The notes beneath the pieces are model-generated. The model worked only from the letters and a program-made list of their open reading frames with translations, was not told the origin of the DNA and made no database searches. 64,000 nt of DNA. Origin: Nannocystis pusilla (GTDB taxonomy: Bacteria > Myxococcota_A > Polyangia > Nannocystales > Nannocystaceae). Location: assembly GCF_049337375.1 (NCBI RefSeq), contig NZ_JBMPIV010000015.1; one strand, written 5' to 3'. Each line of letters opens with the position of its first letter. Position 1 is the stretch's first letter. Positions 1 through 8,380 of the stretch are shown piece by piece. The position numbers and the translations under genes were made by a program.

Positions 1-422
1 AGGGCCAGGCGCGCACGCTCGAGCGCCTGCTGCGGCGCGCGCAGGTGCGGCCCGACGAGGTCGACTTCGTCTGCGCTCACGCGACCAGCACGCCGCTCGG
101 CGACCTGTCCGAGCTCAACGCGATCCGCAAGGTCTTCGGCGACCACGCGAAGAAGCTCAAGATCAACGCGCCGAAGTCGATGCTCGGCCACACCTGCTGG
201 TCGGCGCCGGCGGTCGAGACCGTGGCCGCGATGCTGCAGATGCGCGGCGGTGTGCTCCACCCGTCGATCAACATCGACGAGCTCGACCCCGAGGTCGACG
301 TCGACGTGTGCGCCAACAAGGCGGTCGAACACCGCATCAACCTGATGGTCAAGAACTCGTTCGGCTTCGGCGGCCTCAATTGCTGCGCGCTGTACCGCCG
401 GTGGGACCCGAACAGCCTGTGA
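1..422 (+). CDS. beta-ketoacyl synthase (KS), C-terminal fragment, 5'-partial
   Basis: The translation ends ...NSFGFGGLNCCALYRRW, typical of the FabF/KS C-terminal fold. The ORF runs off the window start. It is followed by a KR, HMGS, two ECH and an ACP. Confidence 0.75.
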   Translation, partial: GQARTLERLLRRAQVRPDEVDFVCAHATSTPLGDLSELNAIRKVFGDHAKKLKINAPKSMLGHTCWSAPAVETVAAMLQMRGGVLHPSINIDELDPEVDVDVCANKAVEHRINLMVKNSFGFGGLNCCALYRRWDPNSL

Positions 423-430
423 GCCGCGCC

Positions 431-1174
431 ATGAACTTCTTCGTCACCGGAGGCTCGCGGGGCATCGGCGCCGGCATCGTGCTCGAGGCGGTGCGCGCCG
501 GCCACGACGTCGCGTTCGCGTACCGCAGCAACGACGACGCGGCGCGCAAGATCGAGGCCGAGGCGGCGGCGATCCGCCCGGGCGCGAAGGTCAAGGGCTA
601 CGCGCTCGACGTGAGCCGCTCGGACCGCGTCGGCGAGGTCGCGGACGCGGTGCTCGAGGACTTCGACAGCGTCGAGGTGATCGTCAACTGCGCCGGCATC
701 AACCGCGCCAACCTCGTGGTCTCGATGTCCGACGAGGAGTGGCACGACGTGCTAGCGACCAACCTGCACGGCCCGTTCTACGTCGTGCGCGCGTTCCTGC
801 CGGCGATGCTGGCGGCGCGGTTCGGGCGGATCGTCAACATCTCGTCGATCCAGCACAACGGCGCGGCCGGCCAGGCCAACTACGCCGCCAGCAAGGCCGG
901 CCTGCACGGCTTCACCCAGGCGCTCGCCAAGGAGTACGGGCGCAAGGGCATCACCGCCAACGTCGTCGTGCCGGGCTTCTTCGACACCGACATGACGCGC
1001 GAGACCATGCCGCAGGCGGCCAAGGACTACTGGCAGCAGTACTGCCCGATGCCGAAGGGGCGCATGGGCACGCTGGCCGAGCTGGCGGCGACGGTCCTGT
1101 TTTTGGCCACGGGCGGCAGCTTCATCAACGGTCAGGTCGTGCCGGTCACGGGCGGCCTCGACTGGACATACTGA
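431..1174 (+). CDS. fabG: 3-oxoacyl-ACP reductase (SDR, FabG-like ketoreductase)
   Basis: TGGSRGIG Rossmann motif, NAG, and the S...YAASKAG catalytic motif (YxxxK). ATG at 431 lies 8 nt after the KS stop. Confidence 0.85.
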   Translation: MNFFVTGGSRGIGAGIVLEAVRAGHDVAFAYRSNDDAARKIEAEAAAIRPGAKVKGYALDVSRSDRVGEVADAVLEDFDSVEVIVNCAGINRANLVVSMSDEEWHDVLATNLHGPFYVVRAFLPAMLAARFGRIVNISSIQHNGAAGQANYAASKAGLHGFTQALAKEYGRKGITANVVVPGFFDTDMTRETMPQAAKDYWQQYCPMPKGRMGTLAELAATVLFLATGGSFINGQVVPVTGGLDWTY

Positions 1175-1188
1175 GAGGGAGGACGGCG

Positions 1189-2430
1189 ATGGCGCACCAC
1201 CGGCCGCGCGTGGGCATCGAGCGGATCACGGCGTACCCGTGCACGCTCTCGCTCGACATGAAGCTGCTCGCGGAGGCGCGCGATCACGATCCGCGCCACC
1301 CGCTCGAGGAGCTGTGGGTCAGCGAGCGCTCGCTCAACCCGACGTGGGAGGATCCGGTGACGATGGCGGTCAACGCCGCGCTGCAGATCGTCCGGCCCGA
1401 GGACCGCAAGGACATCGAGCTCGTGATCGTCGGCACCGAGTCGTCGGTCGACTTCGGCAAGCCGATCTCGACCTACGTGCAGCGCTACTGCGGGCTCACG
1501 GCCAACTGCCGCAACTTCGAGACCAAGCACGCCTGCTACGGCGGCACCGGCGGTCTGATGATGGCGGCCCACTGGGTCGCGTCGGGGGCGGCGCCGGGCA
1601 AGAAGGCGCTGGTGGTCTGCACCGATCAGAGCCGCGTGCACCTCGGCCAGCCGTGGGAGTACGTGCTCGGCGCGGCCGCGACGGCGATGCTGGTCAGCGC
1701 CCAGCCCGACGTCCTCGAGCTCGACCTCGACACCTGCGGCTACTGGACGCAGGAGATCTTCGACACCTACCGCCCGACCTCGACGAAGGAGGTGGGCCAC
1801 GCCGACACCAGCCTGTACGGCTACCTCGACGCGCTCGAGGGCGCCTACGACCACTTCGTCGCCCGCTCGGGCATGGTCGACTACGACGCCGAGTTCGCGC
1901 GCCACATCTACCACGTGCCGTTCGGCGGCATGACCTTCCGCGCCCACCGGGCGCTGCTCCGCCGCGGCCCGCACGAGATGTCGCTGCGCGAGGCCAGGGC
2001 CCACTTCGAGCGCAAGTCGAAGCAGGCGCTGCGCTACAACTCGCGCTTCGGCGGCACCTACACCTCGGCGACCTTCATCGCCATGCTCGGCCTCATCGAC
2101 GCCGACCCCGAGCTGCGCGCCGGCGACAAGGTCTCGATCTTCTCCTACGGCTCGGGCTCGTGCGCCGAGTTCTACCGCGCGACCGTGGGCGAGCGCGCGC
2201 GCGAGCAGGTCGCCAGCCAGCGCGTCGGCGCCGGCCTCGATCGCCGCATGCCGCTGACCATCGAGGAGTACGAGGCGCTCGAGCGCCAGCGCGCCGCCTT
2301 CATCGACCAGAGCGACTACGAGGTCGACCAGTCGGGCCTGCGCGGGCTCTACGAGCGCGCGTACGCCGGCAAGGGTCGCCTCGTGCTCGACGCCGTGCGC
2401 GGCTTCCAGCGGGAGTACCGCCTGTCCTGA
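1189..2430 (+). CDS. HMG-CoA synthase-like beta-branching enzyme (PksG/TaC/MupH family)
   Basis: HMGS fold motifs: ...GTESSVDFGKP..., Cys in CRNFETKHACYGGT, and HVPFGGM. Start re-derived at ATG 1189 (MAHHRPRVGIERITAY) rather than the ORF-track 739. Confidence 0.88.
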   Translation: MAHHRPRVGIERITAYPCTLSLDMKLLAEARDHDPRHPLEELWVSERSLNPTWEDPVTMAVNAALQIVRPEDRKDIELVIVGTESSVDFGKPISTYVQRYCGLTANCRNFETKHACYGGTGGLMMAAHWVASGAAPGKKALVVCTDQSRVHLGQPWEYVLGAAATAMLVSAQPDVLELDLDTCGYWTQEIFDTYRPTSTKEVGHADTSLYGYLDALEGAYDHFVARSGMVDYDAEFARHIYHVPFGGMTFRAHRALLRRGPHEMSLREARAHFERKSKQALRYNSRFGGTYTSATFIAMLGLIDADPELRAGDKVSIFSYGSGSCAEFYRATVGERAREQVASQRVGAGLDRRMPLTIEEYEALERQRAAFIDQSDYEVDQSGLRGLYERAYAGKGRLVLDAVRGFQREYRLS

Positions 2431-2538
2431 GGCTCCGACCATGCCGCGCCTGTCCTTCGCCACGCCGGCCGCGCCGCCCCTCGGCGTCGTGCGGCCCGGC
2501 CGCTCGTTTCATCGTCTCAGCATTTCGGAGGTGATCGC

Positions 2539-3294
2539 GTGCGCGTCCGCTGCGAAGAGGGCGAGCTAGTTCATCGGCTGTTCCTCGGGACAGGTCCCGG
2601 AGAACATGTCGCATTGGACACCGACGGGATCGCCGCGCTGGCCGAGGCGGTCGAGCAGGCGGTCGCCGGTCCGGCGCGCGCGCTGGTGATCGCCAGCGAG
2701 GGCCCCGAGTTCTGCGCCGGCATGGACCTCGCGGCGGCGCTGCGGACCCCGTCGGCGCAGATGCGCGAGGCCATGCAGCGCTTCGCCGGCTGTCTCGAGC
2801 TGCTGGCGAGCGCGAAGCTGGCGACGATCGCGGTGGTCACGGGCGCGGCCAGCGGCGGCGGGGTCGGCCTGGCGGCCGCGTGCGACCTGGTGGTGGCGGC
2901 GTCGGCGGCCACGTTCGCGCTGCCGGAGCTGCGCTACGGGCTGGTGCCGGCGGTGATCTTCCCGGCGCTCGAGGCCCGGATCGGCGCGCGGCGGACCCGG
3001 CGGCTGGCGCTGACCGGCGAGCTGGTGACCGCGGCCCAGGCCGAGCCGTGGGGCCTCGTCGACGTGGTCGCGGACGACCCGGACAAGGCGCTGCGCGGCC
3101 TCTTGCGCTCGCTGCTGCGCGCGCGCCCGCAGGCGGTGGCGACGCTCAAGCGGATCACCGGGCCGTCGGGGCAGGGCGGGGTGGCCCAGACCGCGGCCGA
3201 CCTCGAGGACCCCGAGCTGCGGGCGGCGCTGGCGGCCCTGCTGGCCGAGGGGCAGGCGCCGCCGTGGTTCGCCAGGCTGAAAGGACAGGAATGA
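2539..3294 (+). CDS. enoyl-CoA hydratase-like ECH1 (PksH/TaX-type dehydratase of the HMGS cassette)
   Basis: Crotonase fold: CAGMDL, ...VVTGAASGGGVGLAAACDLVVA. GGAGG lies 7 nt upstream of GTG 2539. Confidence 0.8.
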   Translation: MRVRCEEGELVHRLFLGTGPGEHVALDTDGIAALAEAVEQAVAGPARALVIASEGPEFCAGMDLAAALRTPSAQMREAMQRFAGCLELLASAKLATIAVVTGAASGGGVGLAAACDLVVAASAATFALPELRYGLVPAVIFPALEARIGARRTRRLALTGELVTAAQAEPWGLVDVVADDPDKALRGLLRSLLRARPQAVATLKRITGPSGQGGVAQTAADLEDPELRAALAALLAEGQAPPWFARLKGQE

Positions 3295-4067
3295 ACGCGC
3301 ATGTCCAAACAGACAGCCTCGTCGAGGTGACGCTCGAGCGCGACGGCGTGGCCGTGCTGACCATGCGCGACGCCGCCGGCAAGAACGCGTTCGGCCGGGC
3401 GTTCGTCGCCGTGCTGACGCGCGCGCTCGAGGACCTCGGCCGGCGCGCCGACGTCCGCGTGGTCGTGATCGCCGGCCTGCCCGAGGTGTTCTCCGCCGGC
3501 GGCGACCGCGACGTCCTGCTCGGCCTCGCCGACGGCACGATCGCCCCGTACGACCTGCTGCTGACGCGGGCGCTGCTCGAGGTGCCGGTGCCGACGATCG
3601 CCGCGATGGCGGGGCCCGCGGTCGGCGGCGGCCTGGTGTTCGGCCTCGCCTGCGACATGGTCGTGATGGCCCGCGAGAGCCGCTACGGCGCCAATTTCAT
3701 GGACCTCGGCTTCACGCCGGGGATGGGCGCGACGCGCCTCGTGCAGTTCGCGTTCGGCGAGTACGTCGGGGCCGAGATGCTGTACGGCTCGCAGTACTTC
3801 CGCGGCGAGCAGCTGGCGGGGCGCGGCCAGGTCAACGCGGTCGTGCCGCGCGCCGAGGTGCTGCCGCGGGCGCTCGACCTGGCGGCGCGGATCGCCGACA
3901 AGCCGCGGGCTGCGCTGCTGTTGCTCAAACGTGCGCTGGCGTTGCCGCGGCGACGGGCCTTCGAGGAGGCGCGCACGGTCGAGTCGATGATGCACGAGGT
4001 ATGCTTCGCCGACCCGGAGACGGTGGCGCGGATCCGCACGAACTACGGGCCAGGCCAGGGAGGATGA
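3291..4067 (+). CDS. enoyl-CoA hydratase-like ECH2 (PksI/TaY-type decarboxylase of the HMGS cassette)
   Basis: Crotonase fold (AGKNAFG..., AMAGPAVGGGLVFGLACD). ATGA start/stop overlap with ECH1. Confidence 0.8.
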   Translation: MNAHVQTDSLVEVTLERDGVAVLTMRDAAGKNAFGRAFVAVLTRALEDLGRRADVRVVVIAGLPEVFSAGGDRDVLLGLADGTIAPYDLLLTRALLEVPVPTIAAMAGPAVGGGLVFGLACDMVVMARESRYGANFMDLGFTPGMGATRLVQFAFGEYVGAEMLYGSQYFRGEQLAGRGQVNAVVPRAEVLPRALDLAARIADKPRAALLLLKRALALPRRRAFEEARTVESMMHEVCFADPETVARIRTNYGPGQGG

Positions 4068-4070
4068 CGC

Positions 4071-4886
4071 TTGCTCAATGACTTCAAGGACAGGGTCGTC
4101 TTGATCACGGGCGGGACGCGCGGCATCGGCCTCGCGTGCGCGCTCGCGTTCGGGCGCCAGGGCGCGCGCACGGTGCTGACGCACCGCTGGGGCTCGGCCG
4201 ACGAGGACGCGCTGAAGGCCCGCTTTATCGCCGCCGGGGCCCCGGCGCCGCTGGTGATCGAGGCCGACGCGTCGCGCGAGGAGGACACCGACAAGCTGAC
4301 CGCGCGGCTCAAGGAGGAGTGCGACGGCGTGTGGGCGTTCATCAGCAACGTCTGCGTGGTCCAGCGCGGCGAAGGGCCGGAGAAGCACACCCGGCGCGCG
4401 CTGTACAAGAGCCTCGAGTACTCGAGCTGGCCGTTCGTCGGCTACCTGCAGGCGCTGCACGCCGCGTTCGGTCGCTACCCCCGCTACGCGCTGGCGATGT
4501 CGTCCGACGGGCCCGACACGCACTACCCCGGCTACGACTACGTGGCGGTGGCCAAGGCGGTGCTGGAGACGTTCGTGCGCTACATGAGCACGCACCTCTA
4601 CGAGCACGGCTGCATCGTCAACGCCCTGCGCACCCGCCAGGTGATGACCGAGAGCTACGAGCAGATGTTCGCCGCCCAGCAGCGCGAGCTGGCGAGCAAG
4701 TTCCCCGAGTTCGCGTGCACGGTCGACGAGGTCGCCGACACGACCCTCGCGCTGTGCAGCGGGCTGTTCGACGCGATGGGCGGGCAAGTGCTGACGCTCG
4801 ACCGCGGCGCGGCGTTCGTCGACAACGTCGCCACGCTCGGGCCGCGGCTCGTCGGCGGCAGCGACAAGGAAGGAGCTCCGGCGTGA
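4071..4886 (+). CDS. FabI/FabL-family (SDR) enoyl-ACP reductase, copy 1
   Basis: TGGTRGIGLA Gly motif. Tyr-x6-Lys (YDYVAVAK) followed by VRYMS, as in FabI (YNVMGLAK...VRYMA). Rare TTG start with GGAGGA 6 nt upstream. Confidence 0.65.
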   Translation: MLNDFKDRVVLITGGTRGIGLACALAFGRQGARTVLTHRWGSADEDALKARFIAAGAPAPLVIEADASREEDTDKLTARLKEECDGVWAFISNVCVVQRGEGPEKHTRRALYKSLEYSSWPFVGYLQALHAAFGRYPRYALAMSSDGPDTHYPGYDYVAVAKAVLETFVRYMSTHLYEHGCIVNALRTRQVMTESYEQMFAAQQRELASKFPEFACTVDEVADTTLALCSGLFDAMGGQVLTLDRGAAFVDNVATLGPRLVGGSDKEGAPA

Positions 4887-5698
4887 TCCTCCGCAACGAC
4901 CTCAAGGGCAAGGCCGTCATCGTCACCGGCGGGACGGCGGGCATCGGCCTGGCGACCGGCCTGCTGTTCGGCAAGTACGGCGCGCACGTGTACCTGACGC
5001 ACCGCTGGGGCTCGGCCGACGAGGACGAGCTGCGGGCCCGCTTCGACGCCGCGGGCGCGCCGGCGCCGACGATCGTCGAGGCCGACGCGTCGCAGGACGA
5101 GGACACCGAGGCGCTGATGGAGGCGGTCAAGCGCGACCACGACGCCGTGTTCGCGCTGATCAGCAACGTGTCGTTCGCCCACGTCAGCAAGTCGCACGAG
5201 GACCTCGACAAGAAGAGCTTCCTGCGCAGCCTCGGCTACAGCGCGTGGCCGTTCGTCGGCTACCTGCAGGCCATCCGCGAGACCTTCGGCCGCTGGCCCC
5301 GTTACGCGGTGGGAATGTCGTCGCGCGGGCCCGAGTACTTCCTCCCGGGCTACGACTTCGTGGCCGCGAGCAAGACCGTGATGGAGACCTTCTGTCGCTA
5401 CCTCACGGCAGATCTGCTCAGTGAGGATGTTCGCATCAACATCCTGCGCGCGAACCCGGTCGAGACTGCATCGCTGGAGGCCACGTTCGGGCCCGACTTC
5501 GTGCCGTTCTGCAAGAAGTACTACTCGGAAGGCTGGTTCATCGACCCCGACGAGGTCGCGGCCGCGGCGCTGGCCCTCTGCAGCGGCCTCATGGACGGCG
5601 TCAAGGGGCAGATTCTGCTACTGGACAGGGGCCTCGGTTTCGCCGACAACGTCGTTCGCCTGTTTTCGGCGCGCGAGCGCCACGGGCTGAGTTTTTGA
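4883..5698 (+). CDS. FabI/FabL-family (SDR) enoyl-ACP reductase, copy 2 (tandem paralog)
   Basis: Paralog of the previous CDS (TGGTAGIGLA; HRWGSADEDE; YDFVAASK). GTGA start/stop overlap. AAGGAAGGAG RBS. Confidence 0.65.
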   Translation: MILRNDLKGKAVIVTGGTAGIGLATGLLFGKYGAHVYLTHRWGSADEDELRARFDAAGAPAPTIVEADASQDEDTEALMEAVKRDHDAVFALISNVSFAHVSKSHEDLDKKSFLRSLGYSAWPFVGYLQAIRETFGRWPRYAVGMSSRGPEYFLPGYDFVAASKTVMETFCRYLTADLLSEDVRINILRANPVETASLEATFGPDFVPFCKKYYSEGWFIDPDEVAAAALALCSGLMDGVKGQILLLDRGLGFADNVVRLFSARERHGLSF

Positions 5699-5761
5699 CC
5701 TTCGCTTCCTGCGAGATTCGCTGCGGGCAACCTGCACCGCGCCCACCAAGGAGAACCGAGA

Positions 5762-6028
5762 ATGAGCACCCGCGATGATGTCTTGGCCGTCGTCAAGCGC
5801 CACCTCGTGGACACCGTCGAAGGGATCGATGCGGCCCAGGTCGACCCCGCCAAGTCGATGAAGGACCTCGGGGCCAACAGCCTCGACATCGTCGAGGTCG
5901 TCTCCTGCAGCATGCGCGAGCTCAAGGTGAAGATCCCCCGCGCCGAGCTCAACAAGCTGACGAACATCAACGAGCTCGTCGACCTGCTGCACAAGACGGT
6001 GCAAGAGAAGCAGGCCGCCGCGTCCTGA
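5762..6028 (+). CDS. acyl carrier protein (free-standing ACP, likely donor ACP of the HMGS cassette)
   Basis: 88 aa with LGANSLDIVEVV (DSL phosphopantetheine-attachment Ser). Confidence 0.85.
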   Translation: MSTRDDVLAVVKRHLVDTVEGIDAAQVDPAKSMKDLGANSLDIVEVVSCSMRELKVKIPRAELNKLTNINELVDLLHKTVQEKQAAAS

Positions 6029-6179
6029 GCGCCGCCGGCGTGTGTCCCCGCGGACAGGGTCCCGGGGACATGACCGATCGGCCAGACACGTTCGCGCCCG
6101 CGCTGCGCTCGCCGCAGCCCGGGCGCGCTCGTCGTACCGGGACCTCGCGCGCGGGAACTCGCGCCTCTTGGCGCGCGAA

Positions 6180-6600
6180 CCGAGCGAAGCGCGTGGGCTT
6201 CGCCTGGCTTTGGGTTCAATGTGGCCAAGGTCGGACGGCAACCAGCGCTGCGGCAAGGCGATCCCCGGCCTTCCAGGCCGATGCGGGTTCGATCGCTGCG
6301 GCTGGCAGGCCAGCTTCGGCGCACCGTCAGACCTGGCCTTCAAGGCCGATGCGGGCTCGATCGCAGGCCGGCGCTTTGGCGCGCCGTCACGCCTGGCCTT
6401 AGGGTCATGGCGAAATCAGGGCGGGGCAGCGCCGCGGCGAGATGATGCACCTGGCCTTCGGGCCAGGTGCGCGGCTCAGGTAAGCCCGTGCTTCACGGCG
6501 CGGTCTCCTCTGGTTCGCAGCTCCCGAGGCGTCTGTCCTTTGAGCCAGGTACGTGACGCATGCGGGCCTCGGCGTGGCTTGCGGCTCAGGCGGGCGGCAG
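6180..6600. repeat. cluster of >=5 imperfect ~60-70-bp direct repeats, each containing a GGCCTTCnAGGCC / CTGGCCTTCGGGCCAG-type hairpin
   Basis: Seen directly: cctggccttcaaggccgatgcggg..., ccggccttccaggccgatgcggg..., cctggccttagggtcatggcg, ctggccttcgggccaggtgcgcggctcagg. The region is non-coding, between the ACP stop and a convergent gene. Confidence 0.6.
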
Positions 6601-7389
6601 GCGGCGGACCAGCGCGTCGGCGCGACGCCAGGCCGACACGACCAGGAGCGCCCACACGTTGAGCCCGACCGCGACCGCGAGGGCGGCTGTCCAGAAGGAC
6701 AGATCGAGCCGGACCGCCGCGGCGGCGGTGGCGACGTAGAGCAGCGCGAGGTGGGTGTCGTGGCTCAGCGGCGCCGCCATGCGCAGGGGAGGGGCCAGCA
6801 GCGAGCGGGCCGCGCCGGGAGCGGGACGGGGGCCGGTGTGCTCCGGCCCGAGCAGCGCGGCCGCGATGTCATGGAACACAGCGGGGCCGAGCCCGCGGGA
6901 CAGCGCGGCGACCGAGGGCCGCGGCGAGGGCGGCGCTGCGTCGCTGCCTCCGCCGGTCAGGTCGCGGAACCGGCGACGCAGCTCGGCGTGCAGCCCGACG
7001 TGGATCAGCGCGCTGACCAGCGCCACCGACGCGAGGGTGCAGGCCCACGGGTTGGCCGGCGCGGCTCGCAGCGTCAGCGCGACCCAGAAGGCGGCGCCGA
7101 TCGCAAACTCGAGCGTGCCGGCCTCGGCCTCCGCGGCGCCGGCGAGGAGGCGGCGACACCGGCTGGCGACGGTGAACGCGAACAACAGCCAGGCGGGGAA
7201 GATCCAGTCGACGCCGCTCGGCGCGGCCAGCAGCACGGCGACGGCGCCGGTGAGGCCGACCACGAGTCCGGCGAGGGTGAGCAGCTCGACGCTCGGCGCC
7301 GGTCGCACCCGCTCGAGGACCCACGCTGCGAGCGGCCGATGGAGGTGGCGATCGAGAGTTCCCTCGGTGATCGGATCGTCGTCGGCCAT
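6586..7389 (-). CDS. hypothetical polytopic membrane protein
   Basis: 267 aa with several hydrophobic helices. No recognised catalytic motif. Confidence 0.45.
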   Translation of the reverse strand: MADDDPITEGTLDRHLHRPLAAWVLERVRPAPSVELLTLAGLVVGLTGAVAVLLAAPSGVDWIFPAWLLFAFTVASRCRRLLAGAAEAEAGTLEFAIGAAFWVALTLRAAPANPWACTLASVALVSALIHVGLHAELRRRFRDLTGGGSDAAPPSPRPSVAALSRGLGPAVFHDIAAALLGPEHTGPRPAPGAARSLLAPPLRMAAPLSHDTHLALLYVATAAAAVRLDLSFWTAALAVAVGLNVWALLVVSAWRRADALVRRLPPA

Positions 7390-7452
7390 CGCCTCGGAGG
7401 GTGGGCGGGGCCTCGGGCCCTGTCAAGCGAGCCCCGGCGCCGCAGAAACCGC

Positions 7453-7680
7453 TCAGGAGCGCGGCTTGACGTTGTCGGGGACGACGAGCCCCTGCCCGTC
7501 GACGGTCTTCCAGAAGGCGGGCCAGCGCGAGATCTCGCGCAGCGTCGGCAGCACGTCGACGGGGTTGTGCGGGTACGTGCGGCGCAGGAACAGCACCGCG
7601 GCCTCGGCCGACGGCGCCTCGAGGAAGTGCGCCTCGCCGGGCGGGTACTCGTAGCGGAATTTCAGGAGAGGCGGGGTCAC
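7453..7680 (-). CDS. small hypothetical protein (75 aa)
   Basis: GTG start overlaps the upstream stop (GTGA). Non-low-complexity C-terminus ...FLRRTYPHNPVDVLPTLREISRWPAFWKTVDG. Confidence 0.4.
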   Translation of the reverse strand: MTPPLLKFRYEYPPGEAHFLEAPSAEAAVLFLRRTYPHNPVDVLPTLREISRWPAFWKTVDGQGLVVPDNVKPRS

Positions 7681-8285
7681 GGGGCGGGCTTCCGACGGTG
7701 GGTATCCCACAGCACTTCGGGGACGGCGAAGGCGTGGGCCGCGGCGCGGGCGACGACGAAGAACCAGTCGCTCAGGCGATTGATGTAGCGGACGGCCTCG
7801 GGGCGGACCGGCTCGACGCGGGCGAGGGCGACGACGTTGCGCTCGGCGCGGCGGCACACGGTGCGCGCGAGGTGGGCCCAGGCGCCGAGCGGCCCGCCGC
7901 CCGGCAGGATGAAGCTGCGCAGCGGCGGCAGGTCGTGGTTCCACGCGTCGAGCTCGTGCTCGAGGCGCGTGACGTCGGCCTCCTCGACCTTGAGCGGCGC
8001 CTTGCCCTCGGTCGCGCCGGGCGTCGCCAGCTCCGCGCCGAGGTCGAACAGCTCTTGCTGGATCCGCGCCAGCGAGGCGTCGAGCGCGGCCAAGAACTCG
8101 CTGCGCTCGCCGGGCTCACCGACGCGGGAGAGCTCGACGCGCAGCACGCCGATCACCGCGTTGAGCTCGTCGACCTCGCCGTAGGCGGCGACCCGCGGGG
8201 TGTCCTTGCCGACGGTGTCGCCGCTGGCGAGCATCGTGTCGCCGCGGTCGCCGAACTTCGTGTAGACCTTGCTGATGTAGACCAC
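7677..8285 (-). CDS. pduO: ATP:cob(I)alamin adenosyltransferase, PduO-type
   Basis: N-terminal MVYISKVYTKFGDRGDTMLASGD matches the PduO/MMAB signature (KIYTRTGDKGETSL). Confidence 0.85.
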   Translation of the reverse strand: MVYISKVYTKFGDRGDTMLASGDTVGKDTPRVAAYGEVDELNAVIGVLRVELSRVGEPGERSEFLAALDASLARIQQELFDLGAELATPGATEGKAPLKVEEADVTRLEHELDAWNHDLPPLRSFILPGGGPLGAWAHLARTVCRRAERNVVALARVEPVRPEAVRYINRLSDWFFVVARAAAHAFAVPEVLWDTHRRKPAP

Positions 8286-8338
8286 GGGGCTGTCCGATCG
8301 GCCAGGTTTATTCGGGCAGGGGCTCGGGAGCAGGTGCC

Positions 8339-8380
8339 CAGGGACATGCCCGCAAGGACATGTCCCTCAGGACAGTCGGC
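8339..8380. repeat. GGACATGTCC-family palindromic repeat array
   Basis: cagggacatgcccgcaaggacatgtccctcaggacag. Confidence 0.7.

Noticed and set aside
1132-2463. Long antisense ORFs rich in Arg/Pro/Ala/Gly. Examples: 1132..2463 -, 2934..4787 -, 10611..11963 +, 20692..22818 +, 27598..29016 +, 34793..36574 +, 43621..44766 -, 54469..58557 + (1362 aa), 58558..61485 +.
   Set aside because: They are typical high-GC shadow ORFs lying opposite well-supported genes. They have extreme low complexity and no family motifs.
6042-6662. 206-aa ORF spanning the hairpin repeat cluster.
   Set aside because: Arg-rich, repeat-derived translation. The region is better explained as non-coding repeats.
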